Assembly: GCA_902622665.1 (NCBI GenBank)
Contig: CACNQV010000001.1
Coordinates: forward strand, 51,666 to 115,665
Direction of reading: 5' to 3'
Origin: an uncultured Candidatus Actinomarina sp.
GTDB taxonomy: Bacteria > Actinomycetota > Acidimicrobiia > Actinomarinales > Actinomarinaceae
Length of the DNA: 64,000 nt
Shown here: piece by piece, positions 17,971 through 27,971 of the stretch
Layout of the letters: each line of letters starts with the position of its first letter
How positions within the stretch are numbered: the first letter of the stretch is position 1
The notes under the pieces: model-generated
Told to the model about the DNA's origin: nothing
The model's input: the letters and a program-made list of their open reading frames with translations, nothing else
The model's database searches: none
Made by a program: the position numbers and the translations under genes

Positions 17971-19374
17971 TCTATCTGCAATCATAACTATATTTACAAA
18001 TATAAGATGTAATGTGTTAAGTGCGTATCTAAAAGAAGATTGGATACCAAAATCTTTCCACCAAACAATAAAAAGAGTAAATATAAAAAATAAGTTGAAA
18101 ATAACAATATAAAAATCTATGTTATCAATTATTTTTATATTCTTTGATTTATACATGTTGAAAATATTTATAAATAAAAATATTCCTAATAATAAAGAGA
18201 TAGGTTTATCAATAAATATTTGATTTATAATTTTAACTATATTTTCGAGAGCAAGATTTTGAAGAGTTAAAACTTCTGAAAGTATTTTTGAAAAATTTAA
18301 TCCTTGAGTATATTCAAAGCCATCAACACTTGGTGTAAAAAATTTTTTATACAGATTATCTAATAAAAAAATAAAAAAGGCGAGAATTATATTTTTATCA
18401 CGCCTGCATATGAACAGATAGATAAGAGTCAAAATAACTAAGAGAGAAATGAATTGCTTGCTGAAAATAAGTAAGCTAAAAAGAGCAAAAAACATTGATG
18501 ATTTTACATTTAATTTATCTGATAAAAAGTTTTTTAAATTTACTAAAAAAGTACAAAAGAAGAAGCTAACAATTCCTTCTAACATTAAAGAATCAATAAA
18601 TAGATAAGTTAACCAATCACTATTTAATATTAGAGAAGTAAATGCTAAGGAAGCTAGATATTTATTTTTTCTAGATGTGAATAAATCAAATATTAAAAAA
18701 TAAGAAAAGATTAAAAATAAATTAGAATTTAACCTTACAAATGTGAAATCAAATTCAAAAAAGTTTAATTTAAAAATTAATGCTTGTATATAGCTTAAAA
18801 ATAGACCATGTCCATCAATTACATTATTTTGAAATAGTTCAAAATAATTATTTAAAGATATTCTCTGCGCCATTTCAAACCATTGCACAGGAACGTCTGT
18901 ATTTAATTCAATGTAGTTAATATTTCTAAATAATTCTGTACTGAATGTTTTATTCAATAAATAAATTATCGTATAAATTGGAAATAGAAGATAAATCCAT
19001 TTGTGTTTCACTCCTTTAGTAAAAAATAATCCAATCCACAAAAATGACACTATCAGAAAAGTAAATTGAAAGTTTTGACTCTTTAAAATAATAAGGAGAA
19101 AAAAATCTACAAAGAAATAGCTGGATAAAAAATAACAAAGAGAGAGTGAAAGAGAATGCAGATTTAGTAAGGACTTTAATGCCATTGCCAGTAGATAATA
19201 AAAAATTGAATTCAAAATTAAGATAAAGAATGCAACTCTATTACTTAAATAATAAGAAATTAACTGGTTTCCATTTGAATTAATATTCAAAATAAAATTT
19301 ACAAAAAATATTGAAGTAATTATTAATAAAATATTGTGTTTTAAATTTATTTTTAGACCATTTAATAACTTCAT
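17959..19374 (-). CDS. large polytopic membrane protein (GT-C-like glycosyltransferase or polymerase)
   Basis: 471 aa, hydrophobic almost throughout with more than 10 predicted helices. Convergent with the GT2 above and overlapping it by 12 nt. Confidence 0.5.
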   Translation of the reverse strand: MKLLNGLKINLKHNILLIITSIFFVNFILNINSNGNQLISYYLSNRVAFFILILNSIFYYLLAMALKSLLNLHSLSLSLCYFLSSYFFVDFFLLIILKSQNFQFTFLIVSFLWIGLFFTKGVKHKWIYLLFPIYTIIYLLNKTFSTELFRNINYIELNTDVPVQWFEMAQRISLNNYFELFQNNVIDGHGLFLSYIQALIFKLNFFEFDFTFVRLNSNLFLIFSYFLIFDLFTSRKNKYLASLAFTSLILNSDWLTYLFIDSLMLEGIVSFFFCTFLVNLKNFLSDKLNVKSSMFFALFSLLIFSKQFISLLVILTLIYLFICRRDKNIILAFFIFLLDNLYKKFFTPSVDGFEYTQGLNFSKILSEVLTLQNLALENIVKIINQIFIDKPISLLLGIFLFINIFNMYKSKNIKIIDNIDFYIVIFNLFFIFTLFIVWWKDFGIQSSFRYALNTLHLIFVNIVMIADRLRE

Positions 19375-20174
19375 TTATATTGATCAATCAATTGCTTTGT
19401 TATTATTACAGAATTATTTTTTTTCCAATAGCTATAAGTTGTTAAGCCATCTACATTTTGTGGCATAACTTTATACAATTTTTCAATAAATAAAAAATAG
19501 ATATTCAAAATCCCTTGTTCGTTTGTTTTTGAAATTGGATACTTTCTAACAAGGTCTAATATTTTATTCTTAGTACTTGTTTCTATAATATTTGTATCAA
19601 AATATAGAATCCCAGATTGAAAATAATTTTTAATATTTAAATCGTAATTTTTTTCGAGGTCTTTATAAATTGGATTCGTATTGTCAAATTGCCCACCCAA
19701 GGTCCATTCTTCGTTTAAGTTAGTATCTTCATTTGCAAAAATTTTGCCATCAGGCTTGATCTTAAACAAACTAATTAAACTTTTGTGAATAGTCATGTTT
19801 ATATCAATATAAAATACAAAGTCCCACTTTTTTAAATCAGAATCGAATAAATGCAACTTATTCCATTGGAAATTTTTATATATGTGCCTATTTGGCTCAG
19901 AACCTGTATTAAGACTTTTTAAAGAATTTTCTGTTTCTTTATCAAATTTAATTTTATTAAACTTTAAAAAATGAATGTTTTTAAAATTACTGAATTTAAA
20001 CAAAAAGACTGGTGTTAACTTGGATGTAATTACAACTACATCACCTTTATAATTTCCTTCAACTCTTAGGTTGTTTATAAATTTTTTAAAATATTTTCTT
20101 AAAAATTTAAAATCACCAACAACACATACTGCAAACGTTTCTTTTTCTTCTTTATTATTTTTAATCTCCATCAT
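19371..20174 (-). CDS. putative nucleotide-diphospho-sugar transferase (GT8-like?)
   Basis: FAVCVVGDFKFLRKY..., FVFYIDINMTIH and SGILYFD are loosely GT-A/GT8-like. 4-nt overlap with the downstream gene. Confidence 0.45.
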   Translation of the reverse strand: MMEIKNNKEEKETFAVCVVGDFKFLRKYFKKFINNLRVEGNYKGDVVVITSKLTPVFLFKFSNFKNIHFLKFNKIKFDKETENSLKSLNTGSEPNRHIYKNFQWNKLHLFDSDLKKWDFVFYIDINMTIHKSLISLFKIKPDGKIFANEDTNLNEEWTLGGQFDNTNPIYKDLEKNYDLNIKNYFQSGILYFDTNIIETSTKNKILDLVRKYPISKTNEQGILNIYFLFIEKLYKVMPQNVDGLTTYSYWKKNNSVIITKQLIDQYK

Positions 20175-20179
20175 AAAAA

Positions 20180-21109
20180 CTAAAATGAATCAATAAAATT
20201 TCTAACATATATAGAAGGATTTTTTAATTTTAAGATTTTTAAAGATAAGATAAGTTTAAAAAATTGATAAATTGAATCTCTTTTATACCTATGAACAATG
20301 TGATAATTATTATTAAATAGTTTTTTATGAAAATGTTGATACAATGATTCACCATCTGACAATACCCCTTTAACAGTCCATGGCTTTCTGCTGCCAACAA
20401 AATGATAAAACACTACCTCATCTAATAAAAATTCTTTATCATGTAAACGACTTGTAAAGTTTAATTGTTCAGGAATTTCAATATATAAACCATCTAAGAA
20501 TGAATTAAGAACACATTGATCCATCCAAAGAACTCTATCGCCCATATAGTCCATATGTGAAATCAGTTTCTCTGTATAGCTTTCATCAATCCATTTTTCA
20601 AAATCTATAAAAGTAACACCTGCATTAAAATACTTGTTCCTAGTAAGCTCAAGCCTAGTTGAAGTATTATTGTCTGATTTTTCATAGTGTTCTGTTTTGG
20701 CACCAATAACGTATTTGGAATTATTTAAAATTTCAAAAGAAATGTCAATCATAGCATCGAAATTATTCAGACAAATAACATCTGGATCAATATAAATAAT
20801 ATTTTTAATTGTTCTTGGTAAATAGTCTGACAAAAATAATCTATAATAAGTCGCTTCACTCATATGTGATTCATCAAAATTTGGGAATACAATGTCTTGA
20901 CGCTTATTAAATTTATAAACTTCTATTGATTGTAAGTTACTAAAACTATTTAATCTTTTCTTGGATTCTTCAAAAGATTCTGGATCATCATGAATGATAT
21001 AAAATTTTAATTTAAAATTTGAATTTTCTAAAAGTGAAGATATTGTTACTTCAGCTTGAATGTTATAGTTTTCATCAAAACATAACAAAAAATTCCTAGA
21101 ATCACTCAT
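20180..21109 (-). CDS. glycosyltransferase family 8
   Basis: CFDENYNIQAEVTISSL, YYRLFL, IIYIDPDVICL, FNAGVTFID and YHFVGSRKPW are typical GT8 (LPS glycosyltransferase-like) motifs. Confidence 0.75.
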   Translation of the reverse strand: MSDSRNFLLCFDENYNIQAEVTISSLLENSNFKLKFYIIHDDPESFEESKKRLNSFSNLQSIEVYKFNKRQDIVFPNFDESHMSEATYYRLFLSDYLPRTIKNIIYIDPDVICLNNFDAMIDISFEILNNSKYVIGAKTEHYEKSDNNTSTRLELTRNKYFNAGVTFIDFEKWIDESYTEKLISHMDYMGDRVLWMDQCVLNSFLDGLYIEIPEQLNFTSRLHDKEFLLDEVVFYHFVGSRKPWTVKGVLSDGESLYQHFHKKLFNNNYHIVHRYKRDSIYQFFKLILSLKILKLKNPSIYVRNFIDSF

Positions 21110-22223
21110 AATATAACTCTTTTAGTAAATTTATTTCCAATGATGCAATTTTATCAATTTGATACTGTTCTTTTATAGTTTTTTTAGCTTTTGCAGATAC
21201 ATCTTCTAATTGATTTATATTTAATGAATCTACAAAATCAAATTTATTTTTTAGTTGGTTTTTATTTAAATCAAATAAAAATCCGTTTTCACCATCTTTA
21301 ATAATTTCAGAATTATTAGTGATATTACTTGCTAAAACAATGCACCCAGCAGACATGGCTTCTAATAAAGCTTTTGGATTTCCTTCGAATAATGATGTTT
21401 GAATAAAGTACTTTGAAGAACTCAGTATAGATATCAAGTCTTTATTTTTAATGTTATTAACAATTTCTAAATCTAATCCAACCTGTTTTGCAAGACGTAA
21501 TATTTCATGCTCTTGTGAGCCTTTTCCATATATTGTTATTTTTCTATCAGAATTTTTAAAATTATCTACTAGATATTGAAAATTTTTCTGATACTCAAGT
21601 CTACCTATTGACAAAATCTTATTTTCTCTTGAACCTATATCTTTTGAATTTATAACTTCTACCCAGTTTCTAATTAATACAATTTTATTTGTTCTAAATG
21701 TACTTTTTAAAATTTTAATATCCTCTTCACTACTTACTGAATAAATATCAGCATATAAAAGAGAAACTCTTGTTAGTAATTTATATAGTAAGATCTTCAA
21801 GAAAGATTTTTTATCATATTTACTAAAGGCGTACATGTCATATCCTGTGCGGATGAATAAAAGTGAACCTGTAATTAATTTTAATGTCCATGCTACCCAA
21901 GAGCCTAATAATTGGTTTTGTTTGATAATAAACTTTTCCTCTTGAATTAATTTTTTTATAAAAAAACAATAGGTGAATGATTTGAAAAAATTAATAATTT
22001 TAAAATTGCTTTTCCTAAAGTGCTCAAAAATGGGAATGATAGTTGCATTGCTAAATTGTTTTGAGTACTTTAGGTCTTCTTTTGAACCATAGGTTACAAT
22101 ATAAAACTTAAAATTGTATTTATCACTTAAGTAATTAAAATATTTACTTTCTCTTTCTAGTGCGGAAGATTCACTCCATGTTTTTAAGGAGTAATCAAAT
22201 GTCATAAAATAAACAATATTCAA
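21102..22223 (-). CDS. glycosyltransferase family 4 (GT-B)
   Basis: IGRLEYQKNFQYL and LFEGNPKALLEAMSAGCIVLAS...GENGFLF. TTG start in the ORF track; an ATG at Met7 is an alternative. Confidence 0.75.
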   Translation of the reverse strand: MNIVYFMTFDYSLKTWSESSALERESKYFNYLSDKYNFKFYIVTYGSKEDLKYSKQFSNATIIPIFEHFRKSNFKIINFFKSFTYCFFIKKLIQEEKFIIKQNQLLGSWVAWTLKLITGSLLFIRTGYDMYAFSKYDKKSFLKILLYKLLTRVSLLYADIYSVSSEEDIKILKSTFRTNKIVLIRNWVEVINSKDIGSRENKILSIGRLEYQKNFQYLVDNFKNSDRKITIYGKGSQEHEILRLAKQVGLDLEIVNNIKNKDLISILSSSKYFIQTSLFEGNPKALLEAMSAGCIVLASNITNNSEIIKDGENGFLFDLNKNQLKNKFDFVDSLNINQLEDVSAKAKKTIKEQYQIDKIASLEINLLKELYYE

Positions 22224-22280
22224 ACTATTGTTATTGTAATTAAAAACACAAATAATTTATAGACATTTATTATAAGGAAT

Positions 22281-23201
22281 ATGAATTCAAAGAAAGTTTT
22301 AATTTTTGGAAGCAATGGCTTGGTGGGTTCATCTTGTTTTAGAATATTTTCTAATGATAATAATTATGAAATCTTTGCATCTACACGAAAAGATACAAAC
22401 TTATTTGTTCTTGAAGAAACAAAAAAAACAATCAAAAAGGTTTCACCTGACATAATCATAAATGCGGCTGCAAGGGTTGGTGGAATAGTTGCAAACAATA
22501 CCCTTCGAACCGAGTTCATTCTGGAAAATTTAAAAATAAATGTAAACATCTTTGAAGCTTGTATTGATAATCCAGAAATCAAAATAATTAATTTAGGTAG
22601 CAGTTGCATATATCCGTTAAATGCTTCAAACCCTATTAAAGAATCTAGTTTTATGGAAGGCAAGTTGGAAGAAACTAACTCACCGTATGCCATGGCTAAA
22701 TTAACTGCTATAGAAATAGGTAGATCTTTGAATATACAGTTTGGTCATAATGTGATTAACCTGATGCCAACAAATCTTTATGGACCAAATGATAATTTCG
22801 ATGAAACTTCCAGTCATGTAATTCCTGGATTAATTAGAAGAATGGACGATGCAAAAAATAATAGTGAGAGTATTTTTAAAGTATGGGGTGATGGATCCCC
22901 GCTTAGAGAATTTCTGTATGTAGATGACTTGGCATCTGCTATTAAATTTGTCATAGAAAATGACATTTCGCATGATTTAATAAATATTGGTTTTGGCGAA
23001 GAAATTTCAATAAAAGACTTGGCCTATAAAATAAAAGATGTTGTGGGTTTCAGAGGTAATATTAATTTTGATAATACAAAACCTAACGGTAATCCAAGAA
23101 AGCTTTTAGATACTTCTATTATTAAATCCTATGGTTGGAATCCTATATATAATTTAGATGAAGGTTTAGAGCTTTCATACAAGTGGTATAAAAGTAATTA
23201 A
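22281..23201 (+). CDS. fcl: GDP-L-fucose synthase (GDP-4-keto-6-deoxymannose 3,5-epimerase/4-reductase)
   Basis: VLIFGSNGLVGSS, AAARVGGI, GSSCIYP, YAMAKL and PTNLYGPNDNF are characteristic Fcl/WcaG motifs. Convergent with gmd. Confidence 0.85.
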   Translation: MNSKKVLIFGSNGLVGSSCFRIFSNDNNYEIFASTRKDTNLFVLEETKKTIKKVSPDIIINAAARVGGIVANNTLRTEFILENLKINVNIFEACIDNPEIKIINLGSSCIYPLNASNPIKESSFMEGKLEETNSPYAMAKLTAIEIGRSLNIQFGHNVINLMPTNLYGPNDNFDETSSHVIPGLIRRMDDAKNNSESIFKVWGDGSPLREFLYVDDLASAIKFVIENDISHDLINIGFGEEISIKDLAYKIKDVVGFRGNINFDNTKPNGNPRKLLDTSIIKSYGWNPIYNLDEGLELSYKWYKSN

Positions 23202-24232
23202 GTGGAGTATTCCCAAGTAGGATCGAGCAAATTATTTTCAATTAAAGTTTTTTCTCTCTCAGCTAATTTCAAGTCACTTTGAACCATCAGCTTTACTAAT
23301 TCTTGGAATGAAGTTTCAGGCTCCCATCCAAGATATTGTTTAGCTTTCGAAGGGTCACCTAGTAAATGATTAACTTCATTTGGTCTAAAATATTTTTCAG
23401 ATGTAACTACATAATCCTCATAATTTAGACCGACTTCTTTAAAACCGATTTCAAGAAATTCTCTAACGCTGTGAGACTCTCCTGTAGCAAGGACCCAGTC
23501 TGAAGGAGTTTTGTGATTCATCATCATCCACATACCTTTAACATAATCACCAGCAAATCCCCAGTCCCTATAAGCATCTAAATTTCCAAGAGTTAATTTA
23601 CTTTGAAGTCCAAATTTAATTCTTCCAATAGCTCTAGTAATTTTTCTTGTGACAAATGTTTCTCCTCTGTGTGGGGATTCATGATTGAAAAGAATTCCAT
23701 TTACTCCAAACACCCCATACGATTCTCTATATATTGTTGTAATCTGATGAGCAAATACTTTTGAAGCAGCATACGGACTCTTAGGAATAAATTTAGAATT
23801 TTCGTTTAATTGTTGGGAATCAATTCCGCCAAACATTTCTGATGAGGAAGCTTGATAATACTTTATATCTTTATCAGCATTTTTTACTGCTTCCAATATT
23901 GACAATGGCCCTAATGTTCCTGTTTGCGTGGAGAATACTGGATTTTTAAACGAGACTGCAACATGCGACTGTGCTGCTAAATTATAAATTTCATCCGGCT
24001 GAATTTTTTGAATTAATTGATTTAAAGATGATGGGTCCAATAAGTCTGAATAGTGCAACGTAAGGTTTTCATTAGATTTATATTTAGAAATTAAAGGATC
24101 TATTCTTTGCGTGTTAATAGTAGATGACCTTCTTACTGTGCCATGAACTACATATTTTTTCTCTAACAATAATTTTGTTAAATAATATCCATCTTGGCCC
24201 GTTATGCCGGTAATTAATGCAACTTTACTCAT
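23198..24232 (-). CDS. gmd: GDP-mannose 4,6-dehydratase
   Basis: ALITGITGQDGYYLTKLLLEKKYVVHG, SSSEMFG, YAASKVFA, NHESPHRGETFVTRKIT and RDWGFAGDYV match Gmd closely. Confidence 0.9.
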   Translation of the reverse strand: MSKVALITGITGQDGYYLTKLLLEKKYVVHGTVRRSSTINTQRIDPLISKYKSNENLTLHYSDLLDPSSLNQLIQKIQPDEIYNLAAQSHVAVSFKNPVFSTQTGTLGPLSILEAVKNADKDIKYYQASSSEMFGGIDSQQLNENSKFIPKSPYAASKVFAHQITTIYRESYGVFGVNGILFNHESPHRGETFVTRKITRAIGRIKFGLQSKLTLGNLDAYRDWGFAGDYVKGMWMMMNHKTPSDWVLATGESHSVREFLEIGFKEVGLNYEDYVVTSEKYFRPNEVNHLLGDPSKAKQYLGWEPETSFQELVKLMVQSDLKLAEREKTLIENNLLDPTWEYST

Positions 24233-24264
24233 CTAAATAAGTATATTCCAAAAAGTTCAATAGA

Positions 24265-25647
24265 TTACTTCTTTAATAATTTATATGATAGGACAGTGAA
24301 AAATAAGAACGGGAACCTAACAGTTTCCATGCTGGAATCGAAAAAAGATACAAACATTACAGCTATTATAAAAAAGACTACACCTAAATTGTTTTCTAAA
24401 TTTTTTATTCTAAAAATTATAAAAATGTAAAAGAACAGGATTATTAATAAATGAAGTAATCCTCCTCTTGCAAGAACATTTATAAAATAATTATGAACAT
24501 GTATATTAGTACCATCCAGACCAGCTCTGTCTATTCTTTGCATGGCCGGAATCTCATCCTGAAAACCATAACCTAACATTAATGAATTTTTATCATTCAA
24601 ATCTTGTATTACATCTTGCCAGATCTGAAGTCTCCAATTCAAGTTTCCATCACCTGAATTTATCCTGTTATTCTCAAAATAAAAATAAGGCTTTGTAGTT
24701 TCAGGGTATCTTTTCGAAACCAAAGTCATCTCTAGACTATCTAGAGCCATTTCAGTATTTATTTCTTCAAAATCAATTTCTGTCCAATCCAGGTAAATAG
24801 AGGAAAGGGTAAGAGAAACTATGAATCCTAAGATTGACACAGCAAACACTAATTTATTTCTTAAAAAGGCTTTTCGGTTTGAAACAATACTGTATACCAA
24901 CACAATAAAGGTACCAATTGAAGCCCCGCGACTTGAAAATACAATTAAAGGAATTAATGTACCTGATAATATAAACGTAAAAATATAAATAAAATTATTA
25001 TTTTTAATTCTCTCAAAAAATAAAAGACAGTAAATAGCATAAACCATAAATAAATCTGAACCTTTTAGCATTCTCATTTTGTCAGAATAGTTAGCAAAGA
25101 AATCCGAAATAATATTTGGGTAATAAACAGAAGTTAATATATATGTCAGTGGCAAGCTAATAAACATTGCTGTCAAAAATAGATTTGAATCAAAAATACG
25201 AAGCTTTCCGAGAAAAACAAGAGCAAATAAAAATCCGATTGACCATATGTAGGAACTTGATCGATAAGTCTCTGGATTCAAAAAATTTGCTAGACCTCCA
25301 TTTAAAACATTCATCACAAAGAAACTTAAAAGAAAAATCTTTAAGGTTATGTTTATTTCTGTACCTAAGAGATTGGTTATTTTTTTATTTTTAAACAAAA
25401 TGAAATACATAAATAAAGCTAACGCAGATCCTATCATTAGCTCACCTACTCTAAATCCAAAAATTAAAATACCTGTGAAAGACCTACCGAATATAACGAC
25501 TAGGAAAAAGTAATATATTAAGATACTCTCAAAAGTAAAAAAAGGTATAAACTTTTCAAACTTTTTTAAGAAAGGATTAATTAGGTTATAGATTCTCAGT
25601 TTAATTTTGTTATATAAATTAATTTGGTATTGAGTTGTTTCTGACAC
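24265..25647 (-). CDS. O-antigen ligase/polymerase (Wzy)-like polytopic membrane protein
   Basis: 460 aa with many TM helices. A central SSRGASIGTF segment and a large loop followed by terminal helices are typical of Wzy_C-type proteins. Confidence 0.55.
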   Translation of the reverse strand: MSETTQYQINLYNKIKLRIYNLINPFLKKFEKFIPFFTFESILIYYFFLVVIFGRSFTGILIFGFRVGELMIGSALALFMYFILFKNKKITNLLGTEINITLKIFLLSFFVMNVLNGGLANFLNPETYRSSSYIWSIGFLFALVFLGKLRIFDSNLFLTAMFISLPLTYILTSVYYPNIISDFFANYSDKMRMLKGSDLFMVYAIYCLLFFERIKNNNFIYIFTFILSGTLIPLIVFSSRGASIGTFIVLVYSIVSNRKAFLRNKLVFAVSILGFIVSLTLSSIYLDWTEIDFEEINTEMALDSLEMTLVSKRYPETTKPYFYFENNRINSGDGNLNWRLQIWQDVIQDLNDKNSLMLGYGFQDEIPAMQRIDRAGLDGTNIHVHNYFINVLARGGLLHLLIILFFYIFIIFRIKNLENNLGVVFFIIAVMFVSFFDSSMETVRFPFLFFTVLSYKLLKK

Positions 25648-26302
25648 ATCTTGAATAATAATCTTGTTCTTTTTTAAAATTATTAGAAATATTATCTTTT
25701 ACATTCAATCTATATAAGGGCTCCTTTATTGTGGTATATTTATAGCCTTTTGCAACTAAGTCCGAAAACAGTTTGTAGTCTTGCGCATAATAGAATCTCT
25801 CATCATAATTACCGACATCATTTAAAATTTTTTTCTTTATTAGCAGTGTGCCATGAATAAAAGGATTTTTAAAATTCATTACAAATGATACTGGCAAATT
25901 AAACGATATTCCTGGAATTAGTTTATCAGTACCAAGTATTTTTGCCCTTGATGTCACAAAGTCAAGATTTAAATCATTTATTACTTTTATTTGCTTTTCT
26001 ATCCTTTGTTCTAAACTTATATCATCGTCATCTTGTCTGGCTATAAATTCTCCATCTGATTTATTAATTAAAAAATTTAAAGATTTGGTAAGACCAATAT
26101 TCTTTTCATTTTTGAAAATGGATATTCGTTTATCAGCTTTACTGTACTCTTCAATTGTCTTGTAAGTATCATCTATAGAACCGTCATCACAAATTAATAA
26201 TTCAATATCTTCATATGACTGGCTTAAAATACTTTCAACTGACTTACTAATTGTTGCTTGAGAGTTGTAACAAGACATTAATATTGAAACTTTCACAAAC
26301 AT
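25619..26302 (-). CDS. glycosyltransferase family 2
   Basis: VSILMSCYNSQATISKSVESILSQSYEDIELLICDDGSIDDT and RQDDDDIS motifs. Confidence 0.8.
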   Translation of the reverse strand: MFVKVSILMSCYNSQATISKSVESILSQSYEDIELLICDDGSIDDTYKTIEEYSKADKRISIFKNEKNIGLTKSLNFLINKSDGEFIARQDDDDISLEQRIEKQIKVINDLNLDFVTSRAKILGTDKLIPGISFNLPVSFVMNFKNPFIHGTLLIKKKILNDVGNYDERFYYAQDYKLFSDLVAKGYKYTTIKEPLYRLNVKDNISNNFKKEQDYYSRCVRNNSIPN

Positions 26303-26351
26303 ATTTTAATTGTTTTTAATAAAAAGATTAGAAGATAAGTAAATGTAATAT

Positions 26352-27971
26352 ATGTTTATGTTGCAAAAGCAAAAATTAACTGACGTTTTAAGTTTTTTAA
26401 TACTTTTATTTTCAACAATTTGGCTAAAAGAAATAAATTTTTTGTTTTATGACTCAACAGAAAGTCCTGACTTTGCTGAGTACTTTGTTTACTTTGACCA
26501 TTTTGCAAACTCAACTTTTAAAACTGGCAGAGAACATGGGTTAATGTATTATTACATTCATTACGTCAATTATTTTTTCCAATACAACTCTTTTAGTAAT
26601 GTTGAAATGTTTTTACACAAATCAATACAAGAGGTTAATTTTTGGATTTATGTTTATGGACTTTTAGGCTATTTTTTTTTGTTAAAACAATACAAATTTA
26701 AAAACTCTACGATTTTTACTACCTTTGTGTTTTTAAATTTCTTTCCAGTTTCAATAGTCTTAAGGTTAGTATTTAAACCTGAGATTCTAGCATTTGCGAT
26801 ATTACCCTGGATCTTATATTGCATTGAAAAGTTTAAAGAAAAAAACAGTATTTTTTTTCTTTATATTTTGATTCCACTATTTATTTCATGCATTACTTTA
26901 AAGGGCAATATATTGGCAATTATTTGCATCTACCTTTTTATTACAAACTTAAGTATTTTCGCAAGAATTACAAAGATGCACTTATTAATTATTTTATTCT
27001 TACTATCTATTTCATTTTTATCTTTAAGTTATGAAAATTCTTCAGCAAACGAGAAAAACATTTTAGATGTTCAAAGTGGTGCGACTTATAGAAACAATTA
27101 TGATTACAAAGCTCCTTTCAACATAATATATAAATTGAATCTTTATAACCTTGCTACAAGTCCAATAAAGAACTATCATGCTGATTCTTTCATAGGAATA
27201 ACACTTCTTGAAACATCAGGTGACTACTTTGACCTTTACTGGAACAATGATAATAGTGGCTACTCAATGTCTAGGAATAAAATAATCAGATTTGAAACCT
27301 CACCTGAGATAAAAAAACCAACCTATGATCGAAATACAAATAGTTTAATAATTTTTACACAAAAAAATACAGACCTGTATCTAAAGTCTTCAGTTGGTTT
27401 ATTAATATCAATTATTTTTTACTTTTTTTTACTAAAAAAATTGCGAACAAACTACGATTTTAGAAAATATATATCTGCATTCCTTTTTGGAGCAATGCTT
27501 TTACTTATCCATGCAATAACTGGTTTCCCAGTAAATAATTTTGATCCAAACGTAGGCGACACTTTTAAACCGCATTATTATTCTTTTTTATTACTATTAA
27601 GTACTATATTTTTTGTTGCAGTCTGTTTAAAAGAAAACAAAAAGTCTTCTATATATATATTTGCTTACACTTTTATTATAATTTTCTTACTTGGCTTTCC
27701 AAAAACTGCAACTCAAGACCTAAATCAAAATATATCTTACTTTATTGAATACTCTGATTTTTGCAATTTAGAAAATCGAATTTACGATGATATTTATGGT
27801 ATTGAGAAAGTAAATTGCTTCGACAAAAAAAATACGAGAGATTTATTAGATTCTGATGACAGACTTTTTGATAATTCACTATTAGTAAAACCAATCAATC
27901 TACTTTTTGTTTTCCTTAGTTTCATTTCCAGTATTTTTATAGTTACTGGGAGAAGATATTTTAAAAAATAA
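26352..27971 (+). CDS. large polytopic membrane protein (GT-C-like?)
   Basis: 539 aa with about 10 or more hydrophobic helices and one large hydrophilic loop. No specific family recognised. Confidence 0.5.
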   Translation: MFMLQKQKLTDVLSFLILLFSTIWLKEINFLFYDSTESPDFAEYFVYFDHFANSTFKTGREHGLMYYYIHYVNYFFQYNSFSNVEMFLHKSIQEVNFWIYVYGLLGYFFLLKQYKFKNSTIFTTFVFLNFFPVSIVLRLVFKPEILAFAILPWILYCIEKFKEKNSIFFLYILIPLFISCITLKGNILAIICIYLFITNLSIFARITKMHLLIILFLLSISFLSLSYENSSANEKNILDVQSGATYRNNYDYKAPFNIIYKLNLYNLATSPIKNYHADSFIGITLLETSGDYFDLYWNNDNSGYSMSRNKIIRFETSPEIKKPTYDRNTNSLIIFTQKNTDLYLKSSVGLLISIIFYFFLLKKLRTNYDFRKYISAFLFGAMLLLIHAITGFPVNNFDPNVGDTFKPHYYSFLLLLSTIFFVAVCLKENKKSSIYIFAYTFIIIFLLGFPKTATQDLNQNISYFIEYSDFCNLENRIYDDIYGIEKVNCFDKKNTRDLLDSDDRLFDNSLLVKPINLLFVFLSFISSIFIVTGRRYFKK

